A stretch of DNA of 62,526 bases from an uncultured Candidatus Saccharibacteria bacterium (GTDB lineage Bacteria > Patescibacteriota > Minisyncoccia > JBAYJV01). The stretch lies in contig CAYNNF010000005.1 in NCBI GenBank assembly GCA_964398685.1, positions 1-62,526 of the forward strand, given 5' to 3'. Of this stretch, positions 1-7,233 are shown in pieces (position 1 is the stretch's first letter; every line of letters begins with the position of its first letter). The notes below the pieces were generated by a model, which saw only the letters and a list, made by a program, of their open reading frames with translations, did not search any database and was not told the DNA's origin. Position numbers and translations under genes: made by a program.

Positions 1-764
1 TTACTATAACGGCAGATAAGAAAATAAAGAAAAGCGGAAAAGAATATATTTACTATTACTGCACCAAGAAAAATCCGCACCACAAATGCGCGCAAAATGT
101 ATTTACCAGAGAAGAAAAAATTTCATCTCAAATTAAAACCGAACTTCAAAAAGTTTCTTTGCCTGATGATTGTGCTGATTGGATGATCAAAGAAATTCAA
201 AAAGAGAAAATCCAATCAAGCAAATCATCAGACTTTTTTGTGCAAAAGACGGAAAAGGAACTTTCAAAACTTGATGAGAAATTGGAAAAACTAATGACCG
301 CTTATTTGGAAAGTGTCTTAAATATCAAAGAATACCAAAAAGCGAAAAATATTCTCATCAATAAAAAACAAGTTTTGAAAGATAAATTGAAGTCTTTTGA
401 ACAAAAAAGCAATAATCGGTTCGAACTCGCCGACAAATTCATAAAAGACAGTAAACAAGCCAAAATTATCGCTTCCAAAGAAAATCCCGAAGGGATTCGG
501 GATTTTCTAAAAAAGATTGGTTCGAACTTCCAAATCCAAAACCAAAACATTTCTTTTTCGCCACGCGGAGCGTGGCAAATCGTTGCAAAATCAGCCCTTT
601 CCGTCCCGCCCGCAGGCGGGGCTACCGCACCGCAGGTGCGTAAAACTTCCGAAAACTCTGAAATTGTAAATTGGCAGGGGCGGAGAGATTCGAACTCTCA
701 GCACGACTTTTGGAGAGTCGCCGCTTACCAGTTAACGGACGCCCCTTTAGTAACCATTAATTAA
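1..764 (+). CDS. Large serine recombinase, C-terminal part (5' end outside window)
   Basis: Frame 3 is open from the window edge. Translation TITADKKIKKSGKEYIYYYCTKKNPHHKCAQNVFTREE shows a Cys-pair zinc-ribbon. A long coiled-coil-like segment follows (KELSKLDEKLEKLMTAYLESVLNIKEYQKAKN...), as in the C-terminal half of large serine recombinases. The only in-frame stop is at 762-764, after the frame reads antisense through GC hairpins and tRNA-Trp. Confidence 0.7.
   Translation, partial: TITADKKIKKSGKEYIYYYCTKKNPHHKCAQNVFTREEKISSQIKTELQKVSLPDDCADWMIKEIQKEKIQSSKSSDFFVQKTEKELSKLDEKLEKLMTAYLESVLNIKEYQKAKNILINKKQVLKDKLKSFEQKSNNRFELADKFIKDSKQAKIIASKENPEGIRDFLKKIGSNFQIQNQNISFSPRGAWQIVAKSALSVPPAGGATAPQVRKTSENSEIVNWQGRRDSNSQHDFWRVAAYQLTDAPLVTIN
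672..746 (-). tRNA. tRNA-Trp (anticodon CCA), CCA end encoded
   Basis: The reverse complement folds as a cloverleaf: acceptor AGGGGCG/CGCCCCU, D stem CGUU/AGCG, anticodon stem CGACU/AGUCG with loop CUCCAAA, T arm GAGAG-UUCGAAU-CUCUC. It is close to the E. coli tRNA-Trp sequence. Confidence 0.9.
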
Positions 765-779
765 TAATTATTAAAGAAC

Positions 780-938
780 TTATTTTTTTGTTTCTTTGTG
801 TAATGTGTGTTTTTTGCACCACTTGCAATATTTTTTAAATTCTAATTTCCTTTGAACGGTTTTTTTATTTTTTTGAGTATAATAATTTACTTTCCCACAT
901 TCTTTGCATTTTAATTTAATTAAGTTTTTCTGTGCCAT
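780..938 (-). CDS. rpmG: 50S ribosomal protein L33
   Basis: 52-codon ORF, too short for the supplied track: [52 protein letters not shown]. It has the two CxxC pairs and length typical of L33, and lies next to tRNA-Trp as in many bacteria. Confidence 0.85.
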   Translation of the reverse strand: MAQKNLIKLKCKECGKVNYYTQKNKKTVQRKLEFKKYCKWCKKHTLHKETKK

Positions 939-966
939 AATATAATATTAATTGATAATTATGAAT

Positions 967-1413
967 TTAATAGGCCGGCAACCATTGACCTTTGTCGTTT
1001 TTGTTATAAATTATCAGCGCCGCCCCAAAATAGATATCTTTTCCTGAAATTAACTCCCACATATCTTTGCCCTGTTTGAAATAGGCCAAAATTTTCCATG
1101 TGTTGTTTAGCTGTTCTATCAAAATCCGCCGCAAAATATGTCCATCTTCGTATTCTACATAAAGATGATTCGCGTCTACGAATTCAAAACGTAATACTTG
1201 CCAACTTCCTCCCAAAATTGCTTTTTCAGGAGAAAGGTCGGTGATATTTTCAACAATATAATTTATTGTTTCTATAAAATGGGGATTAATATTTTTTTCT
1301 TCAGGAAACAGATCTGAAGAGATGTTTTCTTCCTTAACTCGCCTTAATCCGTAAACAGCCCCAACAATAATTATAATGATAACAACGAAAATAGCTATAT
1401 TTCTTTTTGGCAT
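967..1413 (-). CDS. Hypothetical membrane-anchored protein
   Basis: 148-aa ORF with one N-terminal hydrophobic helix (IAIFVVIIIIIVGAVYGL). No recognisable family motif. Confidence 0.5.
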   Translation of the reverse strand: MPKRNIAIFVVIIIIIVGAVYGLRRVKEENISSDLFPEEKNINPHFIETINYIVENITDLSPEKAILGGSWQVLRFEFVDANHLYVEYEDGHILRRILIEQLNNTWKILAYFKQGKDMWELISGKDIYFGAALIIYNKNDKGQWLPAY

Positions 1414-1432
1414 ATTTTATTAGCTTACGGTT

Positions 1433-1504
1433 AGCCAGAGATGGGAATTGAACCCATGACTTCCATCTTACCAAGATGGCGTTCTACCACTGAACTACCC
1501 TGGC
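1433..1504 (-). tRNA. tRNA-Thr (anticodon GGU)
   Basis: Reverse complement GCCAGGG-UA-GUUC-AGUGGUA-GAAC-G-CCAUC-UUGGUAA-GAUGG-AAGUC-AUGGG-UUCAAUU-CCCAU-CUCUGGC-U forms a full cloverleaf. Confidence 0.9.
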
Positions 1505-1557
1505 GCATTAAAGAACGGCATTTTATCGCTGAATTACACGAACTTCCATCTTTCTTT

Positions 1558-1639
1558 TGGGCGGTGAGGGACTCGAACCCCCGTAGTCCGAAGACGCGTG
1601 GTCTACAGCCACGTGCAATTGCCACTATGCGAACCGCCC
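1558..1639 (-). tRNA. tRNA-Tyr (anticodon GUA) with long variable arm
   Basis: The reverse complement has acceptor GGGCGGU/ACCGCCC, anticodon stem CGUGG/CCACG with loop CUGUAGA, a long extra arm (GUC-UUCG-GAC) and T loop UUCGAGU. Confidence 0.9.
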
Positions 1640-2254
1640 ATATTTACATTGCATTTCATTAATTTCTTTGTTAATAAGATTAAGTAGTTTCCCGTCTGCA
1701 TAACGCACATGAATCATTCCGTGTTCCATCGATCTTTTAGTCTTTTTAATCTTCTTGCGAATATATGGTTTTGTAAATTGATTTTCAGGGACTTTAGTAA
1801 TCCCACTCCAATATTTGATAAATTTTTTAACCTTCCATTCATCATGACAATAAAGATAAATGCGTATCTTTTTTTTGTCAACTCGATAAAACTTTACTAA
1901 AAATTTACTAAAAACTCTTATCATCTCGGGGTCACTATTAGCAAAATCAACTGTGTAATTTTTGGATGTAGTCCCTATCTTTGCTCCTTCTGCCCAATAC
2001 AAAGCCAGTCCCAACATTTTAAAAGCTAACTCTTCTTTGTTTTTTGGGAGTTGGGGACAAAAGGTTTTCGGTTTTCTCTGATAAACAATATTATTTGTTT
2101 CTTTCGCTGAACGACGCTTAAGGTGCTCAGCTTTCATTTTGCGATATACAGTTGTCATATGAATTCCCAATCTTTCAGCTACTTCACGAGCACTAAATAA
2201 GTCCTTGTAATAAAGAGTTTTAATTTGGTTTATATCAATATCTTTCTTGGTCAT
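1625..2254 (-). CDS. HTH-domain protein with LAGLIDADG-like (xFDAEGx-type) motif; possible free-standing homing endonuclease
   Basis: 209-aa ORF. The N-terminus has a helix-turn-helix pattern (SAREVAERLGIHMTTVYRKMK). Then comes LGLALYWAEGAK, resembling the LAGLIDADG catalytic motif variant ending in EG. The last 5 codons overlap the 5' end of tRNA-Tyr. Confidence 0.45.
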   Translation of the reverse strand: MTKKDIDINQIKTLYYKDLFSAREVAERLGIHMTTVYRKMKAEHLKRRSAKETNNIVYQRKPKTFCPQLPKNKEELAFKMLGLALYWAEGAKIGTTSKNYTVDFANSDPEMIRVFSKFLVKFYRVDKKKIRIYLYCHDEWKVKKFIKYWSGITKVPENQFTKPYIRKKIKKTKRSMEHGMIHVRYADGKLLNLINKEINEMQCKYGRFA

Positions 2255-2373
2255 GAATAGATTTTATCAAAGAACAAACCTTATAGCAACAGGTTTTCGT
2301 TGGTTTAATCATTTTTTTATTAAAACCCAAGAATAATTCTTATTTTATCTTATTATTCTGTCATCCATTGAAA

Positions 2374-2390
2374 AGCCGACGGAGGGATTC
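2374..2390. repeat. 17-nt exact duplicate of the 3' end of tRNA-Thr(UGU)
   Basis: agccgacggagggattc occurs at 2374-2390 and again at 2408-2424, where it is the tRNA 3' acceptor/T-arm on the minus strand. Confidence 0.85.
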
Positions 2391-2407
2391 CTGCCCGCCA
2401 AAGCATG

Positions 2408-2480
2408 AGCCGACGGAGGGATTCGAACCCACGACCTTCACTTTACAAAAGTGTTGCTCTACCAACTGAGCTACGTCGGC
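2408..2480 (-). tRNA. tRNA-Thr (anticodon UGU)
   Basis: Reverse complement GCCGACG-UA-GCUC-AGUUGGUA-GAGC-A-ACACU-UUUGUAA-AGUGA-AGGUC-GUGGG-UUCGAAU-CCCUC-CGUCGGC-U. There is one mismatch at the top of the anticodon stem. Confidence 0.85.
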
Positions 2481-2484
2481 AAAC

Positions 2485-3645
2485 TTATTTTTTTTCGCAC
2501 TCGTTTAATAAATCCTTAATCTTTCTATCTCCTGAACCAAGTTTTATGGCTGCCTTGAAACACTCTTCAGCATAGCGATATTTGTCTTGATTATAATAAA
2601 CTTTGCCCAGTTTTTTATAAGCTTCTATGTTTTTAGGATCTTCCAATATTTCTGAAATTAGCTTATTCTCTATTTTCTTAATTGCTTCTTTAGAAATTTC
2701 AATGTTAGAAAAGTCCGAAAATTGTTTGTCTTCTTTTGCTGCTTGTGTTTTCTCTCCAATCTCTTCTTTTGTGAAAATTTTATCTTCTTTCTTTCTTTCT
2801 TTTAATGTTTTTGTCTTTTCTCTTTTCCTGTTTCTCGCATCTTTAATAATTTTTATAATGTTTATTCTTTTTATAAGTTTTATCAATTTTATTATTTTTG
2901 TATTCTTTTTTGTCACAGGCTTATTTAAAGAGCTTTTGCTAACATCATTTTGAGAAGATAAACCGTCTGTTTCTCTTGAAACAATTTTATCTTCTTCTTT
3001 TCTCTTTAAAAGTTCTCCAAGATAAGATTCGGGGTTTATTATGGATTCCTTGGTTCTATTGAGCTGTTTTTTTATTTTTTGATCTTCTTCTGAAATAAAA
3101 CGAATTTTCACCTTTTTAATGCCTCTTTTCGTTTTTAGAACTAGAGATGAAAAAAATCTTTTGCCTTTTTTGTCGTGAGGAATTTCAAGATTAGTTTCGT
3201 TTTTTTCTAAAAATTTTGTCTCAAAAAGCGGTTTGTCTTGGGAAGCTTTTGAAAACTTAACTTTTTTGATAATTTTTACCACTCTTTGAGCTGTTTTTTT
3301 TAAGGCATTGCCCATAATGCTTATTCTGTTCTTCGCTTTTATTTTCAATTTCTTTGCAAAAATAAAAATTCTATGAATTTTTTCTCTTTTAAAGAATTCT
3401 TTGATGGTTATAAAATTAATCTTTTTAATCTTGCCTAAAATATTTTTTATTCTCAATTGCTTGCATTTTCCAGGAATTTGCTTAAAACGCGCAATTAATC
3501 GTTGTAACGCCCTTTTAATGATAACGTTAGAAAATTTAATTGAAGGCGAATCTTCTTTCTGAATTTGAGACCATTTCTTATAAATAAGAAAAACAAAACA
3601 GCCTATTCCTGAACCAATCAAAATATAAAGAATAATATTAAGCAT
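2485..3645 (-). CDS. Lys-rich membrane-anchored protein with C-terminal TPR-like repeat
   Basis: 386 aa with an N-terminal TM helix (ILYILIGSGIGCFVFLIY) and a very basic low-complexity middle. The C-terminus EAYKKLGKVYYNQDKYRYAEECFKAAIKLG is TPR-like. Confidence 0.55.
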   Translation of the reverse strand: MLNIILYILIGSGIGCFVFLIYKKWSQIQKEDSPSIKFSNVIIKRALQRLIARFKQIPGKCKQLRIKNILGKIKKINFITIKEFFKREKIHRIFIFAKKLKIKAKNRISIMGNALKKTAQRVVKIIKKVKFSKASQDKPLFETKFLEKNETNLEIPHDKKGKRFFSSLVLKTKRGIKKVKIRFISEEDQKIKKQLNRTKESIINPESYLGELLKRKEEDKIVSRETDGLSSQNDVSKSSLNKPVTKKNTKIIKLIKLIKRINIIKIIKDARNRKREKTKTLKERKKEDKIFTKEEIGEKTQAAKEDKQFSDFSNIEISKEAIKKIENKLISEILEDPKNIEAYKKLGKVYYNQDKYRYAEECFKAAIKLGSGDRKIKDLLNECEKK

Positions 3646-3655
3646 AAAGAATCAA

Positions 3656-4243
3656 CTAAATTTGATAGCGCGCGAAACGTTTGATTTGAATATTTTCTCC
3701 TAAACGCGCAATTGCTATTTTAATTAAATCTTCAATAGTTTTTTTCTCGTCCTTAAAATAAGGTTGAGACAATAATGAATTTTCTTTTTTGAATTTTTCT
3801 AATTTTGATTGAACAGCTTTTTCTAGTTTTTCGCCTGTTAATTTTCGCCCGCCAAATTCATCTCGATAAAGCATTTCCTGTTTTTTAAGATCGGCTTTAG
3901 CAATATAATCTGGAGATATATAGCAAGGGTCATACCCCGCCACTTGAATGACTAATTCCTTGCAAAGATCTTGAAACTCTTTATTTTTGGCCACAAAATC
4001 AGTTTCACAATGAACTTCAATCATAGCGCCAATCTTTAAATTATTGTGAATATATGATGCAATAATGCCTTGATGAGTTTCGCGAGTAAGTTTCTTGGCG
4101 GCTATTTTTTCGCCCTGTTCCCTAAGATGCTTTTTTGCTTCCTTAAAATCTCCATTCGTTTTCATAAGAGCATTCTTACACATCATAATGGATATGCCTG
4201 TTTCTTCTCGAAGTTTTTTAACATCTTGCGCTGATGTTTTCAT
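3656..4243 (-). CDS. tsf: Elongation factor Ts (short form)
   Basis: The N-terminal UBA-like motif VKKLREETGISIMMCKNALMKTNGDFKEAKKHLREQG and CETDFVAKN are hallmark EF-Ts sequences. It sits directly downstream of rpsB. Confidence 0.9.
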   Translation of the reverse strand: MKTSAQDVKKLREETGISIMMCKNALMKTNGDFKEAKKHLREQGEKIAAKKLTRETHQGIIASYIHNNLKIGAMIEVHCETDFVAKNKEFQDLCKELVIQVAGYDPCYISPDYIAKADLKKQEMLYRDEFGGRKLTGEKLEKAVQSKLEKFKKENSLLSQPYFKDEKKTIEDLIKIAIARLGENIQIKRFARYQI

Positions 4244-4265
4244 AATTTTACGCTTAATTGATAAA

Positions 4266-4985
4266 TTAGTTTTTAGCTTTATTAATTGCTTCTACAACTT
4301 CACCCATAATATATTTAATAGCAGGCAAAGCATCGTCATTGGCTGGAATAAGATAATCTATTTGACTAATATTAGCATCTGTATCACAAATTCCAATAGT
4401 ATGAAGGCCTTTGTTTTTTGCCTCTTTGATAGCTAAATAATTATTGGGAACATCAAGGAGAAATAAGGCGTCTGGCAGTTTGGTCATTTCTTTGAGTCCA
4501 GCCCAAGATTTATCAAGTTTTTCTATTTCTTTAGTTATTTGACGCCTTTCTTTCTTAGAAAGTTTTTTAAAGTCATCGCTTTTTTCTTTTATTTCCAATT
4601 CCTTATAATAATCAAGGCGTTTTTTAATGGTGTTGAAATTCGTTAAAGTTCCTCCGATCCACCTATTGATAATATAAAAAAGATTGTTTTCTTTGGCTAT
4701 TTTTTCTAAATATTTCTTCACATTCGGCTTAGTGCCAACAAAAACTATTTTTTTATCATCTTTAATTAAAGATTGAATAAATTTTAATGCTTCCTGAAGT
4801 TTCTCCTGAGATTTCTCAATATCAATAATGTACATATCGTTGCGCTTACCATAAATATAAGGCATCATACTAGGATGACAGCGAGATTTTTTATGGCCAA
4901 ACTGAATACCCAATTTAAGCAACGCATCAATCTTGTCCTGATTCTTTTTTTCGTTTTTGTCTTTTGTTTTTATTGTTGTTTTCAT
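4266..4985 (-). CDS. rpsB: 30S ribosomal protein S2
   Basis: LLKLGIQFGHKKSRCHPSMMPYIYGKRNDMYIIDIEKS and IGICDTDANISQIDYLIPANDDA match conserved S2 blocks. The rpsB-tsf gene order is canonical. Confidence 0.9.
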   Translation of the reverse strand: MKTTIKTKDKNEKKNQDKIDALLKLGIQFGHKKSRCHPSMMPYIYGKRNDMYIIDIEKSQEKLQEALKFIQSLIKDDKKIVFVGTKPNVKKYLEKIAKENNLFYIINRWIGGTLTNFNTIKKRLDYYKELEIKEKSDDFKKLSKKERRQITKEIEKLDKSWAGLKEMTKLPDALFLLDVPNNYLAIKEAKNKGLHTIGICDTDANISQIDYLIPANDDALPAIKYIMGEVVEAINKAKN

Positions 4986-5213
4986 TTTCTTCTAAATAAT
5001 ACAAAATTATAGCTAATTAACTGTTATAGAACTAATTAGCTTATGCGACAACTAAGAGTATAACAAAATCCTTAATAAATGCAAGGATTTTGAATTTGAT
5101 TATTTTGAGAAAAAAATTCTTTTTATTTTGATTATATTAAATATTGCTTTGATTTAGCTCTTGTATTTTTTATTTGGTTGTGTTATTTTTACATAAAATG
5201 TATTTTAAATATT

Positions 5214-5492
5214 ATGAAAAAAGATATTCATCCAAAATATAATTCTGAAGTTGAAGTGCATTGCGATTGTGGCGCTCAATTTACCATTGGCTCAACGGCC
5301 GATAAAATTCATACCGAAATTTGTTATCAATGCAATCCTCTTTATACCGGAGAAAAAAGAATTGTTGATACAGCAGGCCGAGTAGAAAAATTCAGGCAAA
5401 GGATAGAAAAAACTAAAGCTTTTAAGGTTAAAAAACCTTCTAAGGTTCAAAAGGATAAGAAACAAATTAAATCTAATAAGAAAGCCAAATGA
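5214..5492 (+). CDS. rpmE: 50S ribosomal protein L31
   Basis: [28 protein letters not shown]...[27 protein letters not shown] is canonical L31 with a Lys-rich tail. The ATG at 5214 is preferred over the track's upstream TTG extension. Confidence 0.9.
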   Translation: MKKDIHPKYNSEVEVHCDCGAQFTIGSTADKIHTEICYQCNPLYTGEKRIVDTAGRVEKFRQRIEKTKAFKVKKPSKVQKDKKQIKSNKKAK

Positions 5493-6226
5493 ACCCAAAA
5501 ATTATAGTTATGGAAATAAGGCCAGGAACTGGCGGAAACGAAGCTGCTATTTTTGCCGCAGATCTTTTAAGGATGTATCAAAAGTATGCTGAAAGGAAAG
5601 GTTGGAATGTGAGTTTTGAAGGATTAGAAAAGACTTCATTGGGAGGTATAAAAAATGCTGTTTTAGTCGTTAAGGGAGAAGGGGCTTCTGAGCTCTTGGT
5701 TTATGAAGGTGGAGTTCATCGCGTTCAAAGAATTCCCAGAACCGAGAAAAGCGGTAGGATTCATACCTCAACAGCCAGCATTGCTATTTTACCCCAAGTT
5801 GAAGAATTGAATGAAATAAAAATTAATCCGGCAGACCTTAAAATAGACACTTACAGATCATCGGGCGCAGGCGGTCAGCATGTTAATGTTACTGATTCGG
5901 CTATTCGCATTACTCATTTGCCAACCGGCTTAGTGGTTACTTGTCAAGATGAGCGATCTCAGCATAAAAACAAAGAGAAGGCGCTAAAAAATTTAAAGAC
6001 TAGATTGTTATCTCTGAAAAAGACGCAAGGAGGAAAAGAAGTTAGAGATCTTCGACGTTCACAAATAAAAGACGCTGATCGTTCAGATAAAATTAGAACA
6101 TATAACTTTCCCCAGAATCGCATTACAGATCACCGTATTGGCAAATCTTGGCAGAATCTTAGCGATGTTATGGAGGGAAACTTAGATAAAATTGTTAGCA
6201 CTTTAAAAAAGAAAATCCATCATTGA
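5489..6226 (+). CDS. prfA: Peptide chain release factor 1 lacking N-terminal domain 1
   Basis: 245 aa. It begins at the block equivalent to E. coli RF1 ...EIRAGTGGDEAALFA. It contains a PxT-type tripeptide ([14 protein letters not shown]), the GGQ motif ([10 protein letters not shown]) and the RF1-type [15 protein letters not shown]. The ATG overlaps the rpmE stop (ATGA). Confidence 0.85.
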   Translation: MNPKIIVMEIRPGTGGNEAAIFAADLLRMYQKYAERKGWNVSFEGLEKTSLGGIKNAVLVVKGEGASELLVYEGGVHRVQRIPRTEKSGRIHTSTASIAILPQVEELNEIKINPADLKIDTYRSSGAGGQHVNVTDSAIRITHLPTGLVVTCQDERSQHKNKEKALKNLKTRLLSLKKTQGGKEVRDLRRSQIKDADRSDKIRTYNFPQNRITDHRIGKSWQNLSDVMEGNLDKIVSTLKKKIHH

Positions 6227-6346
6227 TAATGTATGTTTGGGTATTTATCTTTCAATTCTTTTGATTTTTTTAATTAAAAGACGCTCTAAGAAATTATTAA
6301 ACTTTATTATATTTGTAAAAAGGAGGGAGCTTTAATTTGAAAGGGG

Positions 6347-7054
6347 GTGAAAAAAGTGGCCAAAAAAAATAAAAAGAGCTCTCATAAAAAAATTGAAGAA
6401 AAAGAGTTTGACTTGCCAGAAGGATTAGAATTGCTTGAGGGTAACGGTTGGGGATCAAAGGCTGCCAAATGGATTAAAAATAATTTTTCAGCAATTATTC
6501 TTCCGATTATTGCTTTAATAATTTTAGGCGGTGGAATTTATCTCTACTCACAACAGAAAGGCGAAGGATTAGACCTTACTCAAAAAGAATTAGAGACTGG
6601 CATTACTACTATAGACTTAGGAGAAACTGAATCTATTACAGAAACTGAACCCGCCGAAGAAGAAGAATTAAACAAAGAAGAGCCTGCAACACAGGTCCCA
6701 GAAGAGGAAGTAACGACTGTTGCCGGACAAGATAAAGAAGATATCGTTGTTTCCCAAATTGATAAAAATATTTATCAAGAAAAAGCAGACTCAGGCGAAG
6801 GCATTACTCATCTTGCGCGTAAAGCGCTTAAGGAATACCTGTCAGATAAGAATCTTAAATTAACTGCCGAACATAAAATCTTTATTGAAGATTATATGCA
6901 GAATAGAACAGGAACAAGATCGCTTAGTTTGAACGAAGAAGTTACTTTTTCCCATAGCTTGATTGAAGAAGCAATCGGCCAGGCGCAACAATTAACAGAC
7001 TTGCAGCTTCATAACCTGGAACAATATTCTCACTTAGTTCCTTCTCTTAATTAA
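6347..7054 (+). CDS. Hypothetical membrane protein with acidic extracytoplasmic region
   Basis: 235 aa starting at GTG. It has a basic N-terminus, one TM helix (AIILPIIALIILGGGIYLY) and a Glu/Thr-rich linker. Confidence 0.5.
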   Translation: MKKVAKKNKKSSHKKIEEKEFDLPEGLELLEGNGWGSKAAKWIKNNFSAIILPIIALIILGGGIYLYSQQKGEGLDLTQKELETGITTIDLGETESITETEPAEEEELNKEEPATQVPEEEVTTVAGQDKEDIVVSQIDKNIYQEKADSGEGITHLARKALKEYLSDKNLKLTAEHKIFIEDYMQNRTGTRSLSLNEEVTFSHSLIEEAIGQAQQLTDLQLHNLEQYSHLVPSLN

Positions 7055-7181
7055 ATGAATTAATATCAAGATCCCGCAATCTGATTACGGGTAACCGAAA
7101 GTTAAGTTCTTTTAGATAAATAATATTAAAGTTCTTTCAATAATAAAAACTCGCGCAAATTTATACGCGCGGCAAACCATA

Positions 7182-7208
7182 AAAACCCTTCTCTTGGAGA
7201 AGGGTTTT
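7182..7208. terminator. Bidirectional intrinsic terminator between convergent genes
   Basis: aaaa-cccttctc-ttg-gagaaggg-tttt: an 8-bp GC-containing stem flanked by an A-run and a T-run. Confidence 0.7.
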
Positions 7209-7233
7209 GTGGTATTAAATGATATATGCGATC

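Noticed and set aside
1431-1662. Track ORFs 1431..1625 (-) and 1441..1662 (+)
   Set aside because: Both are read-throughs of tRNA-Thr(GGU) and tRNA-Tyr sequence. The GC-rich tRNA genes create spurious open frames in an AT-rich genome.
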